A DNA stretch of 64,000 nucleotides from Escherichia phage vB_EcoM_JB75, in sequence record MH355584.1; one strand, given 5' to 3'. The position numbers were made by a program, and so were the translations under genes. The first letter of the stretch is position 1; each line of letters starts with the position of its first letter. Under the pieces are notes generated by a model, which searched no databases, had not been told where the DNA came from, and saw only the letters and a program-made list of their open reading frames with translations. Of the stretch, positions 8,557 to 19,262 are shown in pieces.

Positions 8557-8705
8557 GTCATAATCTTGAAATGGTAATCGAGCATAATGTAGCTCAGGAA
8601 CGCGAGTCGTTCAAGGAATTCGTAGAAAAAATTTTTCAAGAAAATAACACAGACCAGTTTACAAATCAAGTGTCTGATGATATTATAACAAAGTCAACTA
8701 ATTGA
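8553..8705 (+). CDS. hypothetical small protein (50 aa)
   Basis: ORF overlapping the upstream stop (ATGA). Confidence 0.4.
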   Translation: MSHNLEMVIEHNVAQERESFKEFVEKIFQENNTDQFTNQVSDDIITKSTN

Positions 8706-8717
8706 GTGGTATAGTTA

Positions 8718-8990
8718 ATGAATAAAAATATTGATACAGTTCGTGAAATTATTACTGTTGCGTCTATTTTGATTAAATTTTCCAGAGAAGATATTGTTGA
8801 AAATCGTGCTAATTTTATTGCATTTCTGAATGAGATTGGAGTAACGCATGAAGGTAGAAAGTTAAATCAGAATTCATTCCGTAAAATTGTTTCTGAATTA
8901 ACTCAAGAAGATAAGAAAACCCTCATCGACGAATTCAACGAGGGTTTTGAGAGTGTATATCGATATTTAGAGATGTATACGAACAAATAA
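8718..8990 (+). CDS. asiA: anti-sigma70 factor AsiA (90 aa)
   Basis: 90 aa; MNKNIDTVREIITVASILIKFSREDIVENRANFIAFLNEIGV matches recalled T4 AsiA. Confidence 0.9.
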   Translation: MNKNIDTVREIITVASILIKFSREDIVENRANFIAFLNEIGVTHEGRKLNQNSFRKIVSELTQEDKKTLIDEFNEGFESVYRYLEMYTNK

Positions 8991-9647
8991 TTATTTAGCC
9001 CTTCCTAATATTCTGGCCGCCTGAGCACATATTGATTCAAGGCGGTCATTACTTATATGATCATTTCTATACCAGTACATGGTTATCGTTCCAGCATAGA
9101 TATTATCCAAATTAAAATATGGACAACTGTACATGTAGTTTATTTCGGGAGTAGGCTTTTTAGTTGGTAAAAAAGCAAATTTTGAGTCGGAATAATAATG
9201 ACGTCCATTTAAATGAACTGTATATTCATCCATAGTTTTATCAACAGGATATCCTCCAAGTGATTTTTCAGTTATTGTTGAAGGTAATCTTCCTTCATAT
9301 GCTATAATATCAACAAAATAGTTTAAGTTTTTAGGGCGGAAAGAATACACCGCACTAAAGTCTGCCTCAGATGATATATGAACTATCTGGAGTTGTTCCA
9401 GGGCGACAGATTCAAAGCGTGCATTTCTTTCCTTTTCAATAATTTCACTATATGTTTCATACTTTGATTGCTTATAGTACTCAAAGAAACTATCTCCCCT
9501 ATACCAAACAATCGCCATCATAAATAAAAGAATTACGACAGCTACTCGGGAAGCAAGAACCTTCCCGGTAGCGTTATCTTTGAACAAGCGATCTAGAACA
9601 CCAAACAGAATATCAGAGGGCGAAAATGATATTCTAGGTGCTGCCAT
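8991..9647 (-). CDS. t: holin T (218 aa)
   Basis: 218 aa as in the T4 holin; one N-terminal TM helix (VAVVILLFMMAIVWY) and a large periplasmic domain; follows gene 38 on the same strand. Confidence 0.88.
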   Translation of the reverse strand: MAAPRISFSPSDILFGVLDRLFKDNATGKVLASRVAVVILLFMMAIVWYRGDSFFEYYKQSKYETYSEIIEKERNARFESVALEQLQIVHISSEADFSAVYSFRPKNLNYFVDIIAYEGRLPSTITEKSLGGYPVDKTMDEYTVHLNGRHYYSDSKFAFLPTKKPTPEINYMYSCPYFNLDNIYAGTITMYWYRNDHISNDRLESICAQAARILGRAK

Positions 9648-9677
9648 AGACCCTCCTTTTAAGGGTATTTATTCACA

Positions 9678-10460
9678 TTATACTCTTGGACCATATATTG
9701 CTCCAACATTTTGCCACGTTGGAGCAGACCCTATGACAGCATAACCAGCAGCGCCGCCATTATATTCAGATCCTTGACCGCGAATATTGCATCTACCTCC
9801 CGCGGAACCTACTTCACCACCGTTTCCACCATTATAGATACCATTCACGGATCCTGAGCCAGGTGCAGAAATAGTACCAGCAGTTGCGCCTGATTGCATA
9901 TCAATAGATCCGCCAGGTGCACCAAACGGACGCCCACCACCACCGCCAAAGGTTAATCTCATTTGTGAAAAAGGAGAATAATATCCGCCGCCACCGCCAC
10001 CGCCACCGCCAGCAATAGCTCCACCATTATTAATTCTTAGTCTCCCACCAATATCGTTTTGAATACAATGACCTCCAGCTGAGCCAGGACTATTGCTACC
10101 ACCATTACCGCCACGTCCATACATCGTTACGCCATGTATATTTAACTGAACATATTCATTTGGTGTATCTCCGTACATGAAGAATAAAGGAACATCTTTA
10201 GAATATGATACTAAATCACCTGTAATATTAAACACTATAGGTGCACTACCTGCCTCAAAACATCTATCTCGGAACCACTGACCATTAAAATTGTGGTTTG
10301 CTGTTACGGTATGAATAATCTCTTTTGAGCGTCCGGCGAATTGGCTCATCCAGCAAGGAACACCCAATCTTAATTGACCAGCCGCTTGACTCATCCATCG
10401 TTGTCCTGTTTCATTTACGGATGAACTACCAATCCAACCAGGAACACCAACTACTGCCAT
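9678..10460 (-). CDS. 38: tail-fibre tip adhesin gp38, T2-type (260 aa)
   Basis: Downstream of gene 37; conserved N-terminus [13 protein letters not shown] followed by glycine-rich blocks ([18 protein letters not shown]) typical of T2-like gp38; much longer than the 183 aa T4-type gp38. Confidence 0.85.
   Translation of the reverse strand: MAVVGVPGWIGSSSVNETGQRWMSQAAGQLRLGVPCWMSQFAGRSKEIIHTVTANHNFNGQWFRDRCFEAGSAPIVFNITGDLVSYSKDVPLFFMYGDTPNEYVQLNIHGVTMYGRGGNGGSNSPGSAGGHCIQNDIGGRLRINNGGAIAGGGGGGGGGYYSPFSQMRLTFGGGGGRPFGAPGGSIDMQSGATAGTISAPGSGSVNGIYNGGNGGEVGSAGGRCNIRGQGSEYNGGAAGYAVIGSAPTWQNVGAIYGPRV
9986..10011 (-). repeat. GC-rich hexamer-like repeat encoding the poly-Gly tract of gp38
   Basis: ccgccgccaccgccaccgccaccgcc on the + strand encodes nine consecutive Gly in gp38. 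Confidence 0.8.
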
Positions 10461-10474
10461 AATTTATCTCCAAA

Positions 10475-10490
10475 GGGGGCGTTGCCCCTT
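10475..10490 (-). terminator. hairpin between genes 37 and 38
   Basis: GGGGCGTTGCCCC hairpin in the 34 nt gap between 37 and 38. Confidence 0.45.
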
Positions 10491-10494
10491 GTTG

Positions 10495-13443
10495 TTAGAA
10501 TTTAAAATATTTACTAATTTTGCGAGTAATTTTAGTAAAGAAAGGAGTTTTCAATTCTTTAATTTCTTCGCTCATTTCTTGGATAGCCTTAATTAAAAGA
10601 GCATTTACAGCGGAGTTAGAAATTGTCAGAACATCAGATCCATCAACTTCAACTTTAGATACAGCTTCCGGTAATTCCTTTTCAAGGTCCTGAGCAATAA
10701 TACCAACTTCACGTTTAATAACACTACGGTCTTTAATAGACTTAACTTTATCGTAAATATAAACTTTCAGTCGACATACTTTTTCAAGTGCTCCGTTTTC
10801 TAGCTCTTTTTTATTAATCTTAAGACGACCATCGGAACGAATATACACATCGTTAAAGTTACCATTACCAGGAGAATAGAAAGTACCGTCGTAATGAAAT
10901 TCAAATACCGCGTTAGGGTGTCCAGCCGCTGGCGATGCCTCTGCAGATCCAACACGAATAATTGCTTGCCCCCAATTGTTAGGGACACGACGAATACCAA
11001 GATCGACGGCAGTTACAAACCCTTGATTGGTGATTACACTTTTTCCTTTAATAATTGGATAATAACAATCCTGTGAAACATAACCATGATCGACGAATAA
11101 TGGAGCTTCTACTCGCCATTGGTTGCCCCAATCACCCGGTTGTCTAGCAATCCATCCAGAACCGTTAATGTGTACACGATCGCGGTTAACGTTAACCATT
11201 GCGATATTTTGTGGATTTAGCGAAATCTCACCATTGTTTGTGATATGTACTGCCGCCTGAGTAGCATAGCTATAAAATGCTAGCGAATTATCAGCACCAC
11301 CCTTGCCAATATACCAGTTACCAGCCCCGTCTATGTCACCGCGAATATGCAAAGAATTACTAGCAGTTGTTGATAATACGATAGAATCATTAGGTGCATT
11401 GATTGTTAACCGACCTGTCATCGTATCACCGCCTTTACCTAGGCGAGTATTCAAGGCAGCATCTAAATTGGTTGCATCGTTGTATTTCTTCCAGATTGAA
11501 CCAGCAATGTTACCATCAGTGTTCAAGAATGCTGCGCCAGCATAAACTCGGCTTTGTGACATGAATCGGCCAGACGGCAAGAAACGCCATATAGCTAATT
11601 CAGTGGCTGTAGTTCCAGTAGCGGATAAATCACCCTGAGCAACGATACGATATTCTGAACTAGCAATATCCATACCAGAAGCCATAGTAATATTTGTTAC
11701 AGTGTTTTTCTGTTTAACAATTGGCGCAAACTGGTTTTTATTTGAATCGTCAATGGCCTGATATAATGGTGCAATGGTAGTATTCTGATTCGCGTAAGTA
11801 TTAGAACCAGAACCGCTAGCAGGGGCTTGAATATATGCTCCTGGAGCAAGTGAAATTTTCTGATTAGCACCAAGATTAACAGCAGCAGTGATATTCAACA
11901 ATCCCCTAAAGTTTTGTTGAGCAGTCCAAGTATGTGATCCATCTTCAAGAACAACACGGCGAACTGTGCAAGTTCTATTTCCAGAATTACCGAACACACG
12001 AACGACAAAATAACGATAGTTTGTCTGGGATACAGTTCCACGCCAAACCTGAACAGTACGTCCTGTGCTGGTGTGCTCGCTAGGACCAACAGAAAACATA
12101 ATTAAGTTTCCGTCAATCGTGCCCCAATTCATATTAGCTGGCATGTTCTTTATTTTGTTCAAAGGAACGCTAAACATACTACCAGGAACAAAATCAAATG
12201 TTTGCCAATCTAGCTCCGCTAATTGAGTTTTAATACCACCCATACCTAAAGTAATTGGCAGAGAGTAAGATGTATATACTTCGTTCCATGCACCCCACAC
12301 ACCACCAGTATATGCACGCTCAAAAATACGATCGCGAGTAGTTGCACCCGTTCCGGCAGTAGTAAATTTTTGGAAAATAGCACCGCCAGAAGCACGTTGT
12401 TTAACTTCCAGCAAACCAACAATAACAGTCGGCAAACCTTCACCTGTAGGACAGTTAATAACGGCATCAGTGCCTAAAATATTATATAACCCAGGGGTTT
12501 TAAAATCATTCAGATCTCCGTCATAGAAAGTCGCTGGTGTGACATTACCGACTTGTTGCCACGGTCCCCATTTAGGCGCGGAAGCATCCCACGCGGCAGC
12601 AAGACAACGAGTATATACAACACCAAATCTGGTTGTATATCTTTGTGTACGAGAATAGTTTCCACCTTCATATACTTCCAAAAGACCTTGAGCTGACGAC
12701 CCCTCTTCTGGGAAATTTCTGTCAAAGGTAGCAATGGAATTTGAACTATTTCGCCACAAACCAAAGTGTTCAGCGCCTCCTAGATCATTAAGATCAATTG
12801 TTGTTGACAGTGGACGAGTACCGGATTGAATATTTCGCCACACACTCCACGGACCATTTACTCCGTTCCATGTAGCAGTCAAGGAACGAATATAAACATT
12901 TCCGTATCTAGTTGTATATCTCTGAGTACCAGCAAATTGACCGGCCACAAATACTTCTAGCACACCTACAGCATTTTCTTCTGGAAATTTATTTGCTGGT
13001 TGAGCGTTGGTTGAAGTTGCTTTCGACCAAACTCCAAGATATTCTTCAACAGGCCCATACGTATCTAAATTAGCATCAACAGGTAATTCGCCATTATTTT
13101 TTATAAACGTTGTGCTATTGACATTTATGTCAGATGGAGTTAGCGTGATATCTTTTGACCCATCAAAGGATATACCATTAATTTTTCGTGCTGTTTTTAA
13201 TTTCGTTGCAGTTGCAGCGTTACCTGTTAAATTTCCAATTATATTTCCATTAACAGTTAAAGAACCATCAATTGTTCCTCCATATTTTAAACCTAATTCT
13301 ATAACACTGCCTGAGTCATCTTTTGTGAAAATTGTTTTATCTTTTAAGTTTATAGCCAATTCACCTTCGGCTAATACTGAAGCAGCAGGACGTTGACCTG
13401 CAGTTTTGCTTCTTTTAAATTGTATTTGTTTTAAAGTAGCCAT
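10495..13443 (-). CDS. 37: long tail fibre distal subunit gp37 (982 aa)
   Basis: Large ORF between 36 and 38; N-terminus [35 protein letters not shown] is the conserved 34/37 fibre N-terminal motif. Confidence 0.9.
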   Translation of the reverse strand: MATLKQIQFKRSKTAGQRPAASVLAEGELAINLKDKTIFTKDDSGSVIELGLKYGGTIDGSLTVNGNIIGNLTGNAATATKLKTARKINGISFDGSKDITLTPSDINVNSTTFIKNNGELPVDANLDTYGPVEEYLGVWSKATSTNAQPANKFPEENAVGVLEVFVAGQFAGTQRYTTRYGNVYIRSLTATWNGVNGPWSVWRNIQSGTRPLSTTIDLNDLGGAEHFGLWRNSSNSIATFDRNFPEEGSSAQGLLEVYEGGNYSRTQRYTTRFGVVYTRCLAAAWDASAPKWGPWQQVGNVTPATFYDGDLNDFKTPGLYNILGTDAVINCPTGEGLPTVIVGLLEVKQRASGGAIFQKFTTAGTGATTRDRIFERAYTGGVWGAWNEVYTSYSLPITLGMGGIKTQLAELDWQTFDFVPGSMFSVPLNKIKNMPANMNWGTIDGNLIMFSVGPSEHTSTGRTVQVWRGTVSQTNYRYFVVRVFGNSGNRTCTVRRVVLEDGSHTWTAQQNFRGLLNITAAVNLGANQKISLAPGAYIQAPASGSGSNTYANQNTTIAPLYQAIDDSNKNQFAPIVKQKNTVTNITMASGMDIASSEYRIVAQGDLSATGTTATELAIWRFLPSGRFMSQSRVYAGAAFLNTDGNIAGSIWKKYNDATNLDAALNTRLGKGGDTMTGRLTINAPNDSIVLSTTASNSLHIRGDIDGAGNWYIGKGGADNSLAFYSYATQAAVHITNNGEISLNPQNIAMVNVNRDRVHINGSGWIARQPGDWGNQWRVEAPLFVDHGYVSQDCYYPIIKGKSVITNQGFVTAVDLGIRRVPNNWGQAIIRVGSAEASPAAGHPNAVFEFHYDGTFYSPGNGNFNDVYIRSDGRLKINKKELENGALEKVCRLKVYIYDKVKSIKDRSVIKREVGIIAQDLEKELPEAVSKVEVDGSDVLTISNSAVNALLIKAIQEMSEEIKELKTPFFTKITRKISKYFKF

Positions 13444-13451
13444 AAGTCCTC

Positions 13452-14102
13452 TTAATAATAGCCGAAATCTTGAACAGAATCCTTAATTACGATTTGGTCA
13501 AATCGTGGAACGTGTGAAGGTTGAGATGCAGGATTCTGTGAAAAAAGGTTTGGCGCAGTTAAATTTCCTGTCATAGTGTCTCCAGAGCGTAATACCCTAG
13601 AGTTTGCATTTGCTGTAACAGTATTTATTGCTCCATCAACATAATCTTTGCGAGTAACATCAGATGCTGCGGAAGGAGTAGATGTAACAGTTACAGATGG
13701 AGCCGTTACAGCTTTGGTAAATGTTGTCAAACCTTCTGGCGTAATAGTAATTTGTCCAGTAGTGATTTCACTACCTGCTGGTCTAAAACTAATACCGCCA
13801 GAAGAGCCACCAACTACAAGAGTATTACCAGTGCCGCCACCAGAACGAATTCGGATGGGGGTTTCATTATTACTTAATTGAAGATAACTATTTACCCCGT
13901 AATTAATAGTAATTGGACCGGTGTAAGTACCACCATTAGCTTTAGAAACGAAATCGTTATCAGCTGCCTGCGGTTTATTATATTCTGAATATATTTTAAA
14001 TGATTTGTAGAGTACATCGTCACCGGCTGAATTCAATGGAAAATTTCCTTGATGCCAAATGACAGATCCACCTACAGTTGAACCTACTTTTAAATCAGCC
14101 AT
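13452..14102 (-). CDS. 36: long tail fibre distal connector gp36 (216 aa)
   Basis: Synteny (35-36-37), length close to T4 gp36 (221 aa), late promoter upstream. Confidence 0.82.
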   Translation of the reverse strand: MADLKVGSTVGGSVIWHQGNFPLNSAGDDVLYKSFKIYSEYNKPQAADNDFVSKANGGTYTGPITINYGVNSYLQLSNNETPIRIRSGGGTGNTLVVGGSSGGISFRPAGSEITTGQITITPEGLTTFTKAVTAPSVTVTSTPSAASDVTRKDYVDGAINTVTANANSRVLRSGDTMTGNLTAPNLFSQNPASQPSHVPRFDQIVIKDSVQDFGYY

Positions 14103-14125
14103 TATATGCCCCTTTATTTTAATAT

Positions 14126-14133
14126 TATTTATA
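14126..14133 (-). promoter_or_regulatory. late promoter for gene 36
   Basis: TATAAATA on the minus strand about 25 nt upstream of the gene 36 start. Confidence 0.6.
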
Positions 14134-14140
14134 AAGAAAA

Positions 14141-14160
14141 AGGGAACCCGAAGGCTCCCT
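14141..14160 (-). terminator. hairpin after gene 35
   Basis: AGGGAACCCGAAGGCTCCCT imperfect hairpin in the 35-36 gap on the minus strand. Confidence 0.5.
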
Positions 14161-14164
14161 CAGT

Positions 14165-15280
14165 TTAAACTTCTCTAAATTCCTGTCCAAACACTTTGCC
14201 AGTTTTAGAAGAGGCTTGTGTAGGAAGTACCATTATATCTGGAGGTGAAGCCGATTCACAGACATAATTAACGCGAATACCGTTGACGCCAAATTCGGCA
14301 GGTTTTGAAATGCCGCCATTTCTTGATACTTCAGAAAAACTTAAATTTCTCATGCCGCCTTGACCTGCTTGAGCAGTTCTTTGTGCATATATCGTAAATC
14401 CTACGGCGTTTTCTGGAACAACTACATAGTCTTCTTTTAATTCCCAAGACCCAGCTTGCCCAGTAAACTCAGCTTGGGTCGAGGAAATATATCCATTTGA
14501 TGCATCATAAAAACGAATGGATATGTTTGTAGTTCCAAGATCAAGTAAATCAGCATCAGCATATAACTGTGCTTTAAGATAAAGAACATCACCAGGAATT
14601 AAATTATAGTCAGAAAGTTTACTTATAGCAGCTGAAGTTGGCAATCGCGCAATTTCGTTATTAGTTCCACCAACTGCTGACATGAATTGCTCGACACTTT
14701 CATAAGTTCTTTTTGGAAATCCTGTCGCTCCGACGTCTTCTAAACTATCAAATACAACATCTAAAATAGTTTGATAATCATCTGTGCTTTTTCTATTACT
14801 TAGTTTAACATGCTCTAATGCAATAGCTCTTTTAGAAGAAGTATAAAAAGCAGCATATGATACGTCAAATCTTGACAATACTGAATCTGATGGAAAAACT
14901 GAAGTTCCTGTTCCCCTTAACCAAGATACCACTTCAGGAGGAAAATTAACCTTTCCGCTAGTTAATATAGCAACAAGTCTATTGTTTGACAAAGAATTCA
15001 TGAAACTGACAAAAGCGGCAGATGTTGTATTGTTTGAAGCAGAAAAAGCATATGACTTGCTATCAACTAATGCTCCCGTAGAAGGGTCAAAAACTCTTAA
15101 ATGAAGACCTGCACTAAATGTTTGATTTCCAACGGGATTATCCTGAAATTTAACATATGGCCCCGCAGTAGAAAGCGGGCAAGAACCCGCTATGCTTATT
15201 TTATATCTTACTGAATTGCTTTCCGATAAAAATGGCGTTTGGACATATCCTTGTCCAAACTCTGCCATAAATTTTTCCAT
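14165..15280 (-). CDS. 35: long tail fibre hinge protein gp35 (371 aa)
   Basis: Synteny and length (T4 gp35 372 aa). Confidence 0.82.
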   Translation of the reverse strand: MEKFMAEFGQGYVQTPFLSESNSVRYKISIAGSCPLSTAGPYVKFQDNPVGNQTFSAGLHLRVFDPSTGALVDSKSYAFSASNNTTSAAFVSFMNSLSNNRLVAILTSGKVNFPPEVVSWLRGTGTSVFPSDSVLSRFDVSYAAFYTSSKRAIALEHVKLSNRKSTDDYQTILDVVFDSLEDVGATGFPKRTYESVEQFMSAVGGTNNEIARLPTSAAISKLSDYNLIPGDVLYLKAQLYADADLLDLGTTNISIRFYDASNGYISSTQAEFTGQAGSWELKEDYVVVPENAVGFTIYAQRTAQAGQGGMRNLSFSEVSRNGGISKPAEFGVNGIRVNYVCESASPPDIMVLPTQASSKTGKVFGQEFREV

Positions 15281-15288
15281 AATACCTC

Positions 15289-18200
15289 TTATTCAATCCA
15301 CTCAAATTTAACAGTTTTATTCACTGGGTCAGGAATAATGCGAACATTACCAATTCGCAAGAAATCGCGAATAGTAAGATTACCTATTATTCCATTATCA
15401 GATGGGATCGCTCCTATATCTGAAGGTTGAGGAGGGTTACCTCCGTCAAATACCTGAACAAAACTTGACCAAGAGTTTTTGGTTTTCTGCCATGTACGTG
15501 TCCAGCGAGTGGTACGTGCTTCTGGGGTCGTTGGATAAGTAATCCAATCTTGGTAAAGTGAATCAAGTGTGTTACCAAACTGAGTCAATGTACCAGGAGA
15601 TTTAACTTCTTCGCCACGTTCTAAATATGGAAGACCAGTCACTTCATTAGTTTTTTCAACCATTTTAAAATAACCAGGGAATTGATTATAAGTGGCTGAA
15701 TCATTAATATCAATTGACCAGAATCCTACTGTATCAGATGTTGGTGCGCGAGTGTATAAATCAGAAGTTTTAGTACCTTGAGAACGAATTCTCGAGTTAA
15801 CAGTTAAACCGCCTGAACTTATAGTAGCACCTTTTGCAATGATTAAGCTTTCACCAATTGTAACCTGACCAGATTGATTATTAATTGATACTGGACGTAA
15901 TCCATTAAATCCACCAGTCTGATCACCCGATGCAGTAAGCATAAAATTCGTTACTGATCCATCATTGCGAACAATGAAACCATAATTTCCGTTAATAGCA
16001 CGGAAAGCATTTGCGCTTCGAGAAATAATTTCACCAGTTGCAGTGACTGAATTACCAAATGTTGCTACACCATTTGCATTCAATGTTCCTGAAGCATTAA
16101 CATTTATCGGTGTTACTGTACCGTTGATATTAAATGTTATATTTCCAGCTTTATTACGCTGAGAATAAAAATGACTAGACGTTTCATCACTAACTTCAAA
16201 TACGGTAGAACGTGTTGTGTCTGATTCCCCGCTAAATTGATTTCCCCACACTCTGACTGTCATCGTTTGAGCCGGGTTTGTTCCAGTTTGAGGTCCTTTC
16301 TCAAAAATCAGACGAGTTGCCGTTCCAGTATTAGAAATAGTTAATGTACTATTTGCTGAAACTGATCCACCGAATGTAGCAGTACTAGATGATACAAGAG
16401 GGGCACCCAGATTCGTTTGTTGGGTTAAGGTTAGTGAACCATTAACTGTTTGTGCAATGTCCCTACGAATGAACTGGAGCGAATCTAGACCATCTAATAA
16501 ATTACTATCTACGGCTTTTGCTTTTAATGGCAAATAATTTGCTAATACGCGATTTAATTCATATGGTGATACTGCATAACCATTTTTCTCATATGATTCT
16601 AATGGCTGTGTTGAACCAGCTGTATCATTACCAACGAATGTAATTGAACCAGACGAAGTTTTAACAAAACCTCTTATCGCAGTAGTCGCTGCCCAAGTAG
16701 GTTCACTCTGCACAATCCATTTTAAATTTTTTGGAGATACAGCAGTATTTGCTGACGTTCCAGCTACAGTTTCAGATCGAGTTGCAACTTTAATAACGCC
16801 TTCCTGTGCTTCAGTAGATTTAGTACCTAAAAGCTTTTTAGGAGTTATTAGAACATTATCCAATGTTCCTGCAGCAGCTTCAACTTGTGTAGCTACACGA
16901 AGTGTACCACGCTGTGTCTCATTTGCTTCAAGAATATTAAGGGTATAATGGTCCCAGAGAGTTCCTGATTCAACTAATCCAGATAGAGCAACAACAGAAG
17001 TACGATCAGTACTATTAAATCTGGTTTTAATTTTTAATGGTGTAGAGATACGAGTATCGTCGACGCCTGCGTCGAATTCAACTTGCGTAGCAATTTCAGC
17101 TATACCACTTAAACTTTCAGTTGCTCTACGGTCATTTAAAGTTTTAGGAGTGACTGCGCGAGTATAATCAGTTCCTGTATTAACTTCGCTTTGCGTAGCA
17201 ATTTCAATTAAACCAATTCTTCCATCAGTTGATGTCTTTTTATGTAACGTTTCTGGTGTTACAACCGCATTTGCCCATCCTTCTTGGCTTTGTCCAGCAA
17301 TTACTTCACTTTCAACTGCTAAAATTACTGCGCCTTGTTGCGTTGGAGTAGCTTTATACTGATCCAAAGCTTTAGGTGAAACAACTAAATTATTAGTGTT
17401 TTTATTATAAACATTCGTACCATTTAATTCACGACTAGAAGCTGGAGTAGCTCCTGCGGTAGATACAAAAGTTACAATACCAGATAATGATTCAGAACCT
17501 TGGCGAGCTTGAAGCTTTTTAGGAGTAATGATTGTAGTATCATCAGTACCTGTATTAGTTTCCTGCTGCGTAGCAATTTCAGCGACACCTCTGCGAGTTT
17601 CTGTAGCAGTTCTTTCATTCAGCTTTTTAGGAGTGATGATAAGGTCATCTGCAAAAGAGAATGTGGTGTTCTGATTTACTTGAGCAGTAGTTGCTATTCT
17701 TGCAATACCTCTGCGAGTTTCAGTAGCAGTACGATTAGCTAACGTTTCTGGAGTAATTGCTAATTCTTTTTGTGGAGAATTTTCTAAATCAGCATTTGCT
17801 TGAGCTTGTGTAGCTAAAGCAATTACGCCTAATCTTGCTCTAGTAGAATTATTTAAAGAATCGACTCTTTCAACTGTTGGAACGTTTTGCTGTACAACCC
17901 AGTATTTTCCATCAGAATCTTCTATATAAGCAAGTTGCAAAACTGGTACATAATTAGTTTCACCATTAAAAACTAATTCTTGAACTGTTACCCATTCAGC
18001 TTCAGGCGGATATTCTGAACGTTTTGGGAATTGCAGCAATTGAACTGAAGAAGCAATTTTATCTTCACCAGCAGCTTTGATTTTAACTGTTTGTCCTTTT
18101 CTCATGTAATTCATGGAAATTTTAACAGTATCACCAACAGAAATATCAGTCGGAAGCTGAAGTTCAATTGTTTGGGTTGTTCCATTATTCGCGCCAAATA

Positions 18201-19158
18201 CCATGACTTCTTCATTTGGACGAATATTTGAATTAGTTGTTATAATGCGTAAACGTGCTTTACTATCCCCGTCAAACAATCTCCACAATTTCTCATTATC
18301 GTCAAACATCAAGAAACCGTCAATCGATGTACGGCCTTCAATGGAATGAGTTCCAACTTCTTGTACTGAAGTCGTTTCATCGTATGTAGTAACAATTGTA
18401 TGATAAAGTGGATTCAGTTTATCTAAATCAACGAAATTAATAATATCGCCATGATTAGCAAATCTCGGAAGTTTAACATTAATTGGTGCAGCAGAAGTAA
18501 ATCTACGTACGATAAAATCATTAGATTGTGCTTGATACGCAGTCGATGGAGTAACAATCGCAGCTTCTCTGCTATAATCAGCAACATACATTTGCCACAA
18601 ACGATTATTAAAAATGAATATCATCTGTGACTTTGGATGAGTCATTAAAACTGAACGTACCTGTTCACCTCTAAAATTGACAATACTCTGATTTGAAGAA
18701 TTTATTTTAACCTGATTTATGCCAGGTTTTCCACCGATATCTTGAATTATTACGGTTTCTCCATCAAGCGGAGAAGGTGGTAAAGTAAACTCAATGTCAT
18801 TGCCAACTGATGTATCTACTGAAATTGCTTCTCCGGATTTTAATTGATATGGTCCAGATGATACAGTTGTATATACGGCATCAGTACGTAATGCTTTCCA
18901 ACGAATTCTATTAAAATTTCCAGCAGGTTTTGGAATATTATCCGTTGCTGCCCAAAAACGATTATTATAAATGATTACAAAATCTTTTAAATATCCACGA
19001 GTTGGATCATATTGCTGAACTGTGTTTTCTTGAATTAAGTAATCAACGTTAACACCGTCAGTTCCTACGGTACGATCAGCTAAAGCTACGTTGATTATTT
19101 TATCGCCACCTGCGTCCAGACCATCTTCTGCTCTGAACTTTCTTTTAATCTCGGCCAT
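15289..19158 (-). CDS. 34: long tail fibre proximal subunit gp34 (1289 aa)
   Basis: 1289 aa, the same length as T4 gp34; internal roughly 40 aa repeats (ITPKKL...RG...IAT); late promoter upstream. Confidence 0.9.
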   Translation of the reverse strand: MAEIKRKFRAEDGLDAGGDKIINVALADRTVGTDGVNVDYLIQENTVQQYDPTRGYLKDFVIIYNNRFWAATDNIPKPAGNFNRIRWKALRTDAVYTTVSSGPYQLKSGEAISVDTSVGNDIEFTLPPSPLDGETVIIQDIGGKPGINQVKINSSNQSIVNFRGEQVRSVLMTHPKSQMIFIFNNRLWQMYVADYSREAAIVTPSTAYQAQSNDFIVRRFTSAAPINVKLPRFANHGDIINFVDLDKLNPLYHTIVTTYDETTSVQEVGTHSIEGRTSIDGFLMFDDNEKLWRLFDGDSKARLRIITTNSNIRPNEEVMVFGANNGTTQTIELQLPTDISVGDTVKISMNYMRKGQTVKIKAAGEDKIASSVQLLQFPKRSEYPPEAEWVTVQELVFNGETNYVPVLQLAYIEDSDGKYWVVQQNVPTVERVDSLNNSTRARLGVIALATQAQANADLENSPQKELAITPETLANRTATETRRGIARIATTAQVNQNTTFSFADDLIITPKKLNERTATETRRGVAEIATQQETNTGTDDTTIITPKKLQARQGSESLSGIVTFVSTAGATPASSRELNGTNVYNKNTNNLVVSPKALDQYKATPTQQGAVILAVESEVIAGQSQEGWANAVVTPETLHKKTSTDGRIGLIEIATQSEVNTGTDYTRAVTPKTLNDRRATESLSGIAEIATQVEFDAGVDDTRISTPLKIKTRFNSTDRTSVVALSGLVESGTLWDHYTLNILEANETQRGTLRVATQVEAAAGTLDNVLITPKKLLGTKSTEAQEGVIKVATRSETVAGTSANTAVSPKNLKWIVQSEPTWAATTAIRGFVKTSSGSITFVGNDTAGSTQPLESYEKNGYAVSPYELNRVLANYLPLKAKAVDSNLLDGLDSLQFIRRDIAQTVNGSLTLTQQTNLGAPLVSSSTATFGGSVSANSTLTISNTGTATRLIFEKGPQTGTNPAQTMTVRVWGNQFSGESDTTRSTVFEVSDETSSHFYSQRNKAGNITFNINGTVTPINVNASGTLNANGVATFGNSVTATGEIISRSANAFRAINGNYGFIVRNDGSVTNFMLTASGDQTGGFNGLRPVSINNQSGQVTIGESLIIAKGATISSGGLTVNSRIRSQGTKTSDLYTRAPTSDTVGFWSIDINDSATYNQFPGYFKMVEKTNEVTGLPYLERGEEVKSPGTLTQFGNTLDSLYQDWITYPTTPEARTTRWTRTWQKTKNSWSSFVQVFDGGNPPQPSDIGAIPSDNGIIGNLTIRDFLRIGNVRIIPDPVNKTVKFEWIE
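16880..17750 (-). repeat. tandem coding repeats within gene 34
   Basis: A roughly 40 aa unit (ITPKKL...T.T.RG...IAT) recurs about seven times; DNA copies share near-identical 24 nt segments, e.g. acctctgcgagtttc(t/a)gtagcagt at about 17595 and 17710. Confidence 0.7.
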
Positions 19159-19192
19159 TCTCCCGGGCTCCTATTGTGTTTTCAATAATAAG

Positions 19193-19200
19193 TATTTATA
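19193..19200 (-). promoter_or_regulatory. late promoter for gene 34
   Basis: TATAAATA on the minus strand about 35 nt upstream of the gene 34 start. Confidence 0.65.
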
Positions 19201-19203
19201 CCT

Positions 19204-19233
19204 GTTTACTTTAAGATTTAGATAGTATATAAT
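19204..19233 (+). promoter_or_regulatory. early promoter upstream of rnh
   Basis: GTTTAC at 19204 and TATATAAT at 19226. Confidence 0.6.
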
Positions 19234-19262
19234 AGAAATCTCACTAATTGAACGAGGTTCAT

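Noticed and set aside
9986-10011. Short GC-rich direct repeat considered as a possible CRISPR or tandem-repeat locus
   Set aside because: It lies inside gene 38 and simply encodes the poly-Gly tract; there is no repeat-spacer architecture anywhere in the window.
10800-13881. Plus-strand ORFs inside tail-fibre genes (10894..11076, 11303..11545, 13007..13396, 13648..13881) and minus-strand ORFs 10800..11000, 11895..12089, 12246..12467, 12510..12764
   Set aside because: All are embedded in the confidently assigned genes 36 and 37, antisense or out of frame, and lack ribosome-binding sites.
17500-17742. Plus-strand 80 aa ORF inside gene 34
   Set aside because: Antisense to the gene 34 repeat region; the low-complexity translation is a by-product of the coding repeats.
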